In this document: positions 18,906-26,775 of the stretch, in pieces
How positions within the stretch are numbered: the stretch's first letter is position 1
Layout of the letters: each line of letters starts with the position of its first letter
Source: Nitrososphaerota archaeon
Lineage (GTDB): Archaea; Thermoproteota; Nitrososphaeria; Nitrososphaerales; JACPRH01
Assembly (NCBI GenBank): GCA_016190055.1
Contig: JACPRH010000005.1
Span: 35,233-99,232, forward strand
DNA length: 64,000 bases
Direction: 5' to 3'
Translations under genes and position numbers: made by a program
The notes under the pieces: model-generated
Seen by the model: the letters and a program-made list of their open reading frames with translations, nothing else
The model's database searches: none
What the model was told of the DNA's origin: nothing

Positions 18906-19143
18906 TCGGCTGGATCGCTCCTTCTTCCTTACGTCTCAACCTCATTCAGACGCATTATATATCGTTACCAGCTTGGAGATAGGTGAGGCATAGCATTGTA
19001 CTCTAATCGGTTACTTCGGTTAATGGTTCAAGTTACAAGAAATGGTGGTATAGAGCCAGTCCAACGATTGAGCAAATTAGACTGTACCACAAACAAAGAT
19101 ATTCGAGAGATGCACAAATTATAATCTAAAAAGTGACACAGCA

Positions 19144-19491
19144 ATGAAATGCTTACAGTGTGGAGTTTGCTGCAAGATATTCTTTGTTAACCTGACCGAG
19201 GACGAATACAAGTCAGGAAGATACAAAACAATGTTTGACGAGTACATAGATAATTTTCAAGAGGCTGAAACGGTCGGAGCGAACATTTTAGCCCACAATA
19301 AAGACGAGGAATGCATCTATCTCAAAGACAAGAAATGCAGGGTACACAAAGACAGACCCGCATCATGCAGAACCTTCTTCTGCGACTCCGAAGAAAAAAG
19401 GTTCCAAGGAATGATAAAAGAGATAGAAGACTATAAGCATAGAAAAGAGGTTTTTGAAATAAAAACTGTAGTATCTCAGAAAAAGGTGTGA
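19144..19491 (+). CDS. YkgJ/UPF0153 family cysteine-cluster (Zn/Fe-chelating) protein
   Basis: N-terminal CLQCGVCC motif plus later Cys residues (CIYL...KCRVH...CRTFFC). Confidence 0.7.
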   Translation: MKCLQCGVCCKIFFVNLTEDEYKSGRYKTMFDEYIDNFQEAETVGANILAHNKDEECIYLKDKKCRVHKDRPASCRTFFCDSEEKRFQGMIKEIEDYKHRKEVFEIKTVVSQKKV

Positions 19492-19528
19492 CAGAAAATG
19501 AGCCTGCTTATGCAACGATACAGCCAGT

Positions 19529-20449
19529 TCAGGTAGAGAAGACCCCGTTCAAAAGATCTTGGAAGACCGCATCAACCTTCGATAGATCAACACGCCCAGA
19601 AGCAAACTCAGGCCTACCCCCACCTCGACCACCATACCTGCTTAGAACAGAGCGAAGAAGAGCCCCAGCGTCAAAACCAACATCCTTGCTCCTCGCTAAA
19701 ATCACAGTCGCATCCTCAGTCAAGTTCGCGATAAGCACCACAGCCTTGGTCTGCTGCTCAGTTAGCTCTCCAACCTTCTTCATCAACCGTTTAATGTCAA
19801 GCCCCTCAAACGTCTTAGAGTAGATTTTGACGCCGCTGCGCTCAGAAACCGGAATCTCCTCAGCCGCCTGCTCCGACATCGACGCAAACCTCCGTCTCAA
19901 ACCATCCAGCTCGCTCACCATATTCTCAGCTGTCTTCTCCACAGATCCCAGCGGCGCACCCAAGATGTCTACGATGTTGAGGATGATTTTTGACAACTCA
20001 AGAGCCTTCATCTTAGCTTCATCACCCACCGCAAAATCGACCTGGAAGCCCTTCTGGCCCGCCTTCACGACACGTGTAACCAGAAAGAAACCGCATTCAC
20101 CGGAGTTTGGCGCATGTTCGCGGCTGCAGGCAGCATAATCGTAGCCGTCAATCTCAACTACACGCACCTCGCCGCTGATACGCTCCTCCATCGCGCGGAG
20201 TCCAAGGAAACGCTGCTTAGCCTCTTCAAGAGAAGGGAGGAAATGCTCCCGGACAACCCGGTTCTCGGAGATAGCTTGATTCGCCCTCTTCTCAGCCTTC
20301 AGCACAGTATCCCAATCTAGACTCTCCGCCTCTATGAAGAGGCTGTTCCTATCTTCTGACTGATCCACCTTCACAATTTTGATGCTTGGCTGGATAATTC
20401 GAAGGCTACCGGCGAAGAGATGCTCCGCCGTGTGAGCTGCACGCATCAT
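19529..20449 (-). CDS. alaX: AlaX-type alanyl-tRNA editing protein with DHHA1-like C-terminal domain
   Basis: Metal motif HTAEHLF...CSREH of the Ala/Thr-tRNA synthetase second additional domain. The C-terminal GGRGGGRPEFASG is typical of the AlaRS C-terminal/DHHA1 domain. Confidence 0.8.
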   Translation of the reverse strand: MMRAAHTAEHLFAGSLRIIQPSIKIVKVDQSEDRNSLFIEAESLDWDTVLKAEKRANQAISENRVVREHFLPSLEEAKQRFLGLRAMEERISGEVRVVEIDGYDYAACSREHAPNSGECGFFLVTRVVKAGQKGFQVDFAVGDEAKMKALELSKIILNIVDILGAPLGSVEKTAENMVSELDGLRRRFASMSEQAAEEIPVSERSGVKIYSKTFEGLDIKRLMKKVGELTEQQTKAVVLIANLTEDATVILARSKDVGFDAGALLRSVLSRYGGRGGGRPEFASGRVDLSKVDAVFQDLLNGVFST

Positions 20450-20519
20450 ACTGTGTGCGAAGCAATCTCGCTATATCTGTTTATCCTTCTTTTTCCTTCT
20501 TCTTTCTTTGTTTGTTTGT

Positions 20520-20699
20520 TTAGACTGCTCGGCTGTTCTGGGGACGGTAAATCGCGTTAACCGTGATTTCGAAGGAGCAGGCGTTATGTGTTGAGCAGTA
20601 ATCTTGGCATTCCTGTGCGGTCTCCGGATTAGAGTAGCCGAAGCCGCATTCATCACATAGGTATACTGTGTGATCTCCGATTATTCGCTGAGAGACCAT
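20520..20699 (-). CDS. Small (59 aa) zinc-ribbon-like protein, below the ORF-track size cutoff
   Basis: Hand translation gives MVSQRIIGDHTVYLCDECGFGYSNPETAQECQDYCSTHNACSFEITVNAIYRPQNSRAV*. ATG at 20699-20697, TAA at 20522-20520. The CxxC...CxxxC...C pattern looks protein-like, unlike the overlapping 61-aa track ORF. Confidence 0.5.
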   Translation of the reverse strand: MVSQRIIGDHTVYLCDECGFGYSNPETAQECQDYCSTHNACSFEITVNAIYRPQNSRAV

Positions 20700-20710
20700 T
20701 TGCGCACCCC

Positions 20711-20941
20711 TTAATGGTGCAGATGCCCTGATTCTTTGTACTCAGGCTTAACTTCGAAGCCTATCTTCATTCGCGCCTGATACTCCACCGCTTTGTCCTC
20801 ATAGATCTTCATGTGAAAGCTGTCGACCTCAGCCCAGATTATGCCGTGCACAGTTTTGCTCGCAACTTCAACAGCATCCTTCGCCGCTTCATCGAAGCTC
20901 TTGTTTGATCTTCCAATGACCTCAATTAGTTTGTAAACCAT
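20711..20941 (-). CDS. Dodecin-family flavin-binding protein
   Basis: MVYKLIEVIGRSNKSFDEAAKDAVEVASKTVHGIIWAEVDSFHMKIYEDKAVEYQARMKIGFEV matches the dodecin pattern. I use the internal ATG at 20941. The track extends to TTG 20998. Confidence 0.8.
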   Translation of the reverse strand: MVYKLIEVIGRSNKSFDEAAKDAVEVASKTVHGIIWAEVDSFHMKIYEDKAVEYQARMKIGFEVKPEYKESGHLHH

Positions 20942-21011
20942 TAAACTCACACTGAGTGTAGAGGGCGTTCTAAAATAAAAAGGGTTACCCTTAAGCAAAG
21001 GTTTCAGCCAG

Positions 21012-21503
21012 CTACTTCTTCGGTTGAGGTGAGTATGGTATCTTGACCTTACGCATCATGAAGAGGATTGCGGGCACCAACATGATAATGGCTGCAACTA
21101 CGTATGATCCATACCCCATCAGCGGGTAGAACGATAGAATTAGAGAGAAGTAGATAGCGACGATTAGAGCGGTCAAGCCCCAGAGAATAAAACGATGGCT
21201 ACGATAGTAAATCTTGGTGGACTCTGCCTCAGTGAGCGGAAAGCTATGCAAATGATGATAGATAACTGGGAGCAGAAAAATCACCACCGATACTGATGCA
21301 AAAGATAAGGCCATCAGCAGAACTAGCTGCTCATCTGCACTCGCTATCAACCGGGACGATGAAACATTTAGTAGGAAACCGAAGAGAATCCCTGAGACAG
21401 CCACTAAGAGTCTAAACTCACCAAGAATAGCCCCGAGATCTACACGATACTCATTCCCCAAGATACATCTACCCGACCAGCATGAAGAAATACGGTCAAA
21501 CAA
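21012..21503 (-). CDS. Integral membrane protein (about 4 TM), function unknown
   Basis: Four long hydrophobic segments. No family recognised. Confidence 0.5.
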   Translation of the reverse strand: MFDRISSCWSGRCILGNEYRVDLGAILGEFRLLVAVSGILFGFLLNVSSSRLIASADEQLVLLMALSFASVSVVIFLLPVIYHHLHSFPLTEAESTKIYYRSHRFILWGLTALIVAIYFSLILSFYPLMGYGSYVVAAIIMLVPAILFMMRKVKIPYSPQPKK

Positions 21504-21684
21504 TATTTAAAATAGAACAAACTACCAAGAAAAACAGCTACGCGCTCGCTCAACCAGTTACTTCTCAGCCTAGTTCCTATTAGTGTGATTGACCGAATTT
21601 GACCTGCGACGCAAGTGATGGTTGAGTAACGGATGCTTAGGAATCGCCCGTTACTCTGTCTACGTTGCAGTTACCGCGTCTTGC

Positions 21685-22875
21685 TTACTCTACGTGGACC
21701 CTGAATTGGTCGATGTCTTCGCCGACGACGCTGAGGAGTTCACGGCATGCGCGCTCCACATCCTTCGACTGGGTGATGTAGCGGCCAACTATCAGTATGT
21801 CCGCGCCTTTTTCGATAGCTTCCTTCGCGGTCTCAGCGTTAATGCCTCCTGCGACGGCGACGTAGAGCTTCTTGTCAGCCAGCTCAGTCTTGACCTTCTG
21901 GATGATCTGCCACCTTGTCTTTCCACCCTCCTCTTCATCGATGCCTCGGTGCAGGATCACGATGTCAGGAATATCCTTCAAACCCTTCAGTACAGCCAGC
22001 GGATCCGCGACATCCATCATATCTATAGCGGAGTAGATGCCGAGCCGCCTCGCCTCATAGACGAACTTCTCAAGGGTCGCCTTGGACGCTAAACCTGATG
22101 CGACTACTGCGTCAGCAGTCTCGTTAAAGGATATGTCAACCTCTACCTGACCAACATCCAGCGTCTTCAAGTCAGCTATGATGAAGACATCCTGGTTCGC
22201 CTCGCGGAGATCACGGATGACTTTGAGCCCATACTTCTTTATGAGCGGTGTACCGGCTTCAAGCAGAATACGGTCGCTCTTTGGAAGCTGAGATATCACC
22301 TTCTTAGCTGATTCGATATCAGGGTTGTCTAGCGCAATCTGTAGGTAAGGCCGCATCCATAGACGTGGAACTCTGAAGCCCATAATCGGGTGTTTCGCCC
22401 TATCCTTATCATACATTATCTTTTCGAGGCTCGGATAGTTCTGGAGCGCCCGTTTCAACGCTAGCTTCGTGGCGCCGTAATTGTAGTGATAGATTTTCCG
22501 GTAGTCGGTAGCATCAGGGTGAATGAAGACGCTGATAACTATGACAAGATTCTCAATCTGATCCTGCGGCACAACACCTTCTTCAACAGCATCAGCAACT
22601 GCCTTAGCGACAGCCGCCTGAGCTGGGCCGAATATCTTGGAGGCCTGCTCCATATCCTTGACAGTAACCTTAGGAGTAATCAGAGTGAAGGGTTTAGGCG
22701 GCAAGTTAGGCCGTATAACAGCTAGGAGAGGAGTATGTCCGGCGGAGAGCTGTGTAAAACCGTTCGCAAACGCCTGTCCAACAGGCCCCTCTTTGTCACC
22801 GATCATAAGATCGATGTGCGCGACCTCGTTACCCTCGCCTATGAGAGCTTCACCAATGAAGAACAAACTGATCAC
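21685..22875 (-). CDS. fae-hps: Bifunctional formaldehyde-activating enzyme / 3-hexulose-6-phosphate synthase (Fae-Hps)
   Basis: The N-terminal Fae block is GEALIGEGNEVAHIDLMIG...LLAVIRPNLPPKP...FGPAQAAVAKAVADAV. The C-terminal OMPDC-family HPS block is YLQIALD...LLEAGTPLIKKYG...IIADLKTLD...GADILIVGR. GTG start. Confidence 0.9.
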   Translation of the reverse strand: MISLFFIGEALIGEGNEVAHIDLMIGDKEGPVGQAFANGFTQLSAGHTPLLAVIRPNLPPKPFTLITPKVTVKDMEQASKIFGPAQAAVAKAVADAVEEGVVPQDQIENLVIVISVFIHPDATDYRKIYHYNYGATKLALKRALQNYPSLEKIMYDKDRAKHPIMGFRVPRLWMRPYLQIALDNPDIESAKKVISQLPKSDRILLEAGTPLIKKYGLKVIRDLREANQDVFIIADLKTLDVGQVEVDISFNETADAVVASGLASKATLEKFVYEARRLGIYSAIDMMDVADPLAVLKGLKDIPDIVILHRGIDEEEGGKTRWQIIQKVKTELADKKLYVAVAGGINAETAKEAIEKGADILIVGRYITQSKDVERACRELLSVVGEDIDQFRVHVE

Positions 22876-23101
22876 TCACGAAGGACAGTCGAAGGGCTTT
22901 TAATCTTTACTTTACTAAACCCGGAAACAATTAATTCACTAGCATAACAATAGGAGCAGCACATCCACCTAGACATTGTTACCTTAAACGTCCACGCTGC
23001 TTATTCGACGAATTAAGTAACGCTATGAAAAAATGGGGCCTAGCCCGCCTTGCCTTATGCCCATCTGGCAGACTAGGATTTAGTGCAACTATCTCATTCT
23101 G

Positions 23102-24388
23102 CTAAGACACATTGAACATGTAGCTTATCGAGGAGCTACTACTGCCTGCGGTGATACATCTTTGAGATGAGTAACTGAAAATGGTTTGTCCGCTTGACGT
23201 TTCAACGACACGGAGGTTTCTGACGCAGGAGGAGTAGACGCTCTGCTTGAAGGTTAAAGTGTTCGTGCCGGATATTACGCTGCCCGTTATGTACATCGAG
23301 TAGCTGGTCCATGCGTTGTTATTTCCAGACAAGTATGATGAAGGTAAGCCGGCAACAACCTTCCCGTTAAGAGTGATTGTCACCTCATTAGCGTTATCGT
23401 AGTCATATCCTTCGAAGTACAGTTTGTACGCCTTGTTTGACGTTGACGTGGTTGTTGTGGTAGTAGTAGTTGTAGAGGAGGGTCCGGAGCTGCCATACAT
23501 AGATTGTGTTACTAGCCGCATGGTTCCGCTCTCGCTGACTGTGACGAAGTCGTACTTGCCGCTGACGAAGGTTATGCCTTCGCCTTGACCGTTGTTGAAG
23601 TGGATCTTCCATTCGCGAGAAGGTGAGGTAAAGAAGTCCTTGACATCTGTGGAAGATGAGGATCTCTCTATGATCCATTGATTATCGCTGTAGATAGCGG
23701 CGAGCGCCAATCGTCTTCCATCCTTTGAGATATCTGCGCCTCCGATGTAGCGGTCCTTAGACCAGTAGGTTACTAGTTGTGCGGTAACTGTTTTTCCCGA
23801 GACTATAGGTACCTTGTATACTCTTGCTGTTGGGCTATTAGTGAGGACGTAGGGGGTTCCCTGCCAGACGAAGCAGCTGTCCATATCTTTGGATCCGTCA
23901 GGTAGCCTGAAGTAGTAGGTGGCAGATGGGTAAATGTTGCGGGAGCCGCCGTAGGGATTAGGCTCTGGAACCTTGTAGAATCTGTAGTTGCTTCGCACCG
24001 CATTATTGTCACCGATATCGCAGACCCATAAGTTGTTGTTTGCATCTATAGCGATGTCCTCCCAATTCCAGTTTGATGCACCCTGCAACGGGAACCGACC
24101 TACTGTGCCGCCTTTACTGTTCACAGCGTATACAGAAGTTTGCGTGGATTGACCTGTATAATCAGATACCATCCAGTAAATGCCGGAGTAAGATCTGGAA
24201 GCCACAGTACCAGAGGATTCAGGAACGGAATGGTATCCCATGATAATAGGAGTGACGCTTAACGATGTATACGCGTAGGCCTGAAGAAGAAGTAGTGCTG
24301 AAAGCCCGGTTACGATCAGGACAGAAATAATTCCTTTGCAGAGAATGCGGTTGCTTTTATTTCCAACTCTAAAATATTTTGACGCCAA
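23102..24388 (-). CDS. Secreted protein: propeller-like N-domain, poly-Thr linker, beta-sandwich-like C-domain
   Basis: N-terminal TM/signal (ILCKGIISVLIVTGLSALLLL). WEDIAID...VCDIGDNNAVRSNY block. Linker SSTTTTTTTTTSTSN. C-terminal ~110 aa domain. Function not assignable. Confidence 0.6.
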   Translation of the reverse strand: MASKYFRVGNKSNRILCKGIISVLIVTGLSALLLLQAYAYTSLSVTPIIMGYHSVPESSGTVASRSYSGIYWMVSDYTGQSTQTSVYAVNSKGGTVGRFPLQGASNWNWEDIAIDANNNLWVCDIGDNNAVRSNYRFYKVPEPNPYGGSRNIYPSATYYFRLPDGSKDMDSCFVWQGTPYVLTNSPTARVYKVPIVSGKTVTAQLVTYWSKDRYIGGADISKDGRRLALAAIYSDNQWIIERSSSSTDVKDFFTSPSREWKIHFNNGQGEGITFVSGKYDFVTVSESGTMRLVTQSMYGSSGPSSTTTTTTTTTSTSNKAYKLYFEGYDYDNANEVTITLNGKVVAGLPSSYLSGNNNAWTSYSMYITGSVISGTNTLTFKQSVYSSCVRNLRVVETSSGQTIFSYSSQRCITAGSSSSSISYMFNVS

Positions 24389-24596
24389 TAATTCAGCCTC
24401 AGTTAAGGAAAGGTGGAACCGATATTACTAGTCCATGTGTACTACTAGTTATATTCAAAGCAGTATGTCTACAACATAAAAATAACGATCCTTAATCTGT
24501 ACATAAGATGTCAACAATATACATTAGGTTACAATGAGAATCTATGTAACATCCCTATTCATCAATAGTGAAAGAAGAGACCTGCTCCTAATAATA

Positions 24597-24611
24597 CTGA
24601 TAGATTATCAG
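24597..24611. promoter_or_regulatory. Inverted repeat CTGATA-gat-TATCAG, candidate operator upstream of the ABC ATPase gene
   Basis: Read directly. It lies 74-88 nt upstream of ATG 24685 in an AT-rich 296-nt intergenic region. Confidence 0.3.
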
Positions 24612-24684
24612 TGCATTTAAACCCGCAATCTTTACGACATTGAAAAGAGTTAAAAGCCAAGTTTAGATTAAATCGGGGAATATC

Positions 24685-25788
24685 ATGCCTGAAGTCAGAG
24701 TCGAATCCCTGAAGAAGAGCTTCGGCAGCGAGCTTGTGATAGATAATGTTACATTCACTGCTCACGACGGTATGTTCACCACAATACTAGGACCCAGCGG
24801 CTCAGGTAAAACCACCGTCCTAAGATGCATCGCGGGACTTGAAGAGCCTGACGAAGGAGAAATCTGGATCGGAGAAAACCTAGTGTTCTCCTCAACAGAG
24901 AAGGTGTCGGTGCCGCCTGAGAACAGAGGCATCGGCATGGTGTTCCAGTCATACGCAATCTGGCCGCACATGACCGTCTTCGACAACGTAGCTTACCCGC
25001 TTCAAGTCAGAAACATGCCGAAGAACGAAATTGAGAAACGGGTGAAGGCCAGTCTTGAACTCGTGGGCCTTCAAGGACTGGAGATGAGACCCGCACCCAA
25101 CCTCAGCGGAGGACAGCAGCAGCGAGTCGCACTGGCTCGAGCACTCGTCTATGAACCGAAGGTTCTCCTCCTCGACGAGCCGCTGAGTAACCTCGACAAC
25201 AGGCTGAGAGAGCGAATGAGAACTGAGCTGAAGGAGCTTCAACGAACAATCAAGGTCACCACCATCTATGTGACCCACGACCGGCTTGAGGCAATGGCTC
25301 TGAGCGACGAGGTCGCCTTGATGAGAAGAGGGCGGATTGCGGCTACCGGTAAACCGGATGATCTCTACAACAACCCACCGAACAGGTTCGTCGCCGGTTT
25401 CCTCTGCCGAATGAACATCTTCCTAGGAAAACAGACTGACAACACTAGGAAAGACCTGACGCAGATAGATACGACAATAGGATCTCTCTACTGCAAAGTT
25501 CCTGAAGCATTGAAGGGAGAAAGCGAAGTCATGGTGAGCATCCGGCGGAATGAAATCAGCATCGCCAGAGAAAAAGCATCAGGAGAAAACGTACTGACTG
25601 GAGTAGTGAAGAACAGGCTATTCGAAGGCGACTACGTCGAATACCACGTGGAGGTCGGAAAAGACATCGTGAAAGTTAGAGACGGTGGACCACAAACTAC
25701 CCTAGAGAAGAATGAGAAGGTCTACCTAAGCCTCCCGCCCGAAAACTGCTATGTGATCGAGAAGGCAGAAGCACTAGCAGTTGAGTAA
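24685..25788 (+). CDS. ABC transporter ATP-binding protein (FbpC/PotA-like, C-terminal TOBE-like domain)
   Basis: Walker A GPSGSGKTT, signature LSGGQQQRVALARAL, Walker B LLLDEPLS. The ~120 aa C-terminal extension is typical of the Fe3+/polyamine/sugar importer class. Confidence 0.9.
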   Translation: MPEVRVESLKKSFGSELVIDNVTFTAHDGMFTTILGPSGSGKTTVLRCIAGLEEPDEGEIWIGENLVFSSTEKVSVPPENRGIGMVFQSYAIWPHMTVFDNVAYPLQVRNMPKNEIEKRVKASLELVGLQGLEMRPAPNLSGGQQQRVALARALVYEPKVLLLDEPLSNLDNRLRERMRTELKELQRTIKVTTIYVTHDRLEAMALSDEVALMRRGRIAATGKPDDLYNNPPNRFVAGFLCRMNIFLGKQTDNTRKDLTQIDTTIGSLYCKVPEALKGESEVMVSIRRNEISIAREKASGENVLTGVVKNRLFEGDYVEYHVEVGKDIVKVRDGGPQTTLEKNEKVYLSLPPENCYVIEKAEALAVE

Positions 25789-25819
25789 ACAGGTAAAAAA
25801 AGCCAGCCAAGTTGCTTGC

Positions 25820-26704
25820 TTACTTAGGCATCGGATGACGCGAGAGTCGTTTACGTAGATTCATCAGCGCATCGATATTAGAGTGAATCGCCTTCCTGTG
25901 CTCGAAGAGGAGCTCACGTATAACCCAGCCCTCCTCAAGCAGCTCAAGAGAATCGTCAATTCGGTGAAGCGCAACCTTTAGCGCGACAATGCTCTTAGCC
26001 AAAGCTCGGTCGGTAATCCGCTGCTGCTTCTCTAGATCCGAGTAGGAGTATGGGATGCTGTCTGTAAAGGCGTCGAACTCAGGTAGATTTCCCCGATGAA
26101 TCATCTTAACCATGTCGCGGACGTCGCTTCGTGAGAGACTCTCGCCGACAGCCCTCATCCCGAGCTCAATCTGCTGGTTTTCATCGTCAAGTGAGAGAAG
26201 CTCCTCCCCAACACTCGGACTGATGTTTCGCCTCGCAATCTCAGCCCGAATCTCCTTCGGCAGTGAAAGGAGCCTCAAACGTTTGCTCACATAGACTTGG
26301 CTCTTACCTATCTGCCTCGCTAGCTCGCTTACCCCGCCCCAACCATAATCCTCCACATAACGTCTAAAGGCCTCAGCCTCCTCAACCGGGTTCAGCATGT
26401 TCCGCTGAACATTCTCGACCAGCGAGACCTCGAAAGCCTCCTTATCATCAAGCTCCACTATATGACAGGGAATCTTAATCCAGCCTAGCCTGCGACACGC
26501 CTCGAAACGCCTATTACCCGCAACAACCTCATAACCCTCCTCAACCGGGCGGACCACGATAGGCTGAAGAAGCCCAACCTTCGAGATTGACGCCATCAAC
26601 TCATCTAGGTCGCCGAGATCGCTTCTGAGACTCCGCTGAGCAGGATGAGTCTTCCGCATCTTCACCTCATCGAGAAAACCTGCGAGAGACGGGCCGTCCA
26701 TCAT
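25820..26704 (-). CDS. ParB/Spo0J-like protein (ParB N-terminal domain + HTH)
   Basis: GLLQPIVVRP...GYEVVAGNRRFEACRRLGW (GxRR box). HTH: ARQIGKSQVYVSKRLRLLSLP. The ~120 aa C-terminal region is of unknown type. Confidence 0.85.
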   Translation of the reverse strand: MMDGPSLAGFLDEVKMRKTHPAQRSLRSDLGDLDELMASISKVGLLQPIVVRPVEEGYEVVAGNRRFEACRRLGWIKIPCHIVELDDKEAFEVSLVENVQRNMLNPVEEAEAFRRYVEDYGWGGVSELARQIGKSQVYVSKRLRLLSLPKEIRAEIARRNISPSVGEELLSLDDENQQIELGMRAVGESLSRSDVRDMVKMIHRGNLPEFDAFTDSIPYSYSDLEKQQRITDRALAKSIVALKVALHRIDDSLELLEEGWVIRELLFEHRKAIHSNIDALMNLRKRLSRHPMPK

Positions 26705-26775
26705 AACAGTCAGAAAATCCCCGCAGAGTTATACTTTACTTTAATCCCCGAAAATCCCTGAAAGCATGAAGCCAA

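Noticed and set aside
19488-19823. 111-aa plus-strand ORF following the YkgJ-like gene
   Set aside because: It lies antisense to the alaX C-terminal (DHHA1-like) region. The translation is Pro/Arg/Ser-rich and not protein-like.
20471-20656. 61-aa minus-strand track ORF
   Set aside because: A different frame of the same strand gives a Cys-rich zinc-ribbon-like 59-aa protein with ATG/TAA. The track ORF ends in KERRRKKKDKQI, derived from a purine-rich low-complexity tract.
21622-22092. 156-aa plus-strand ORF overlapping the 3' part of fae-hps
   Set aside because: It is antisense to a strongly supported CDS, with no recognisable family and a TTG start only.
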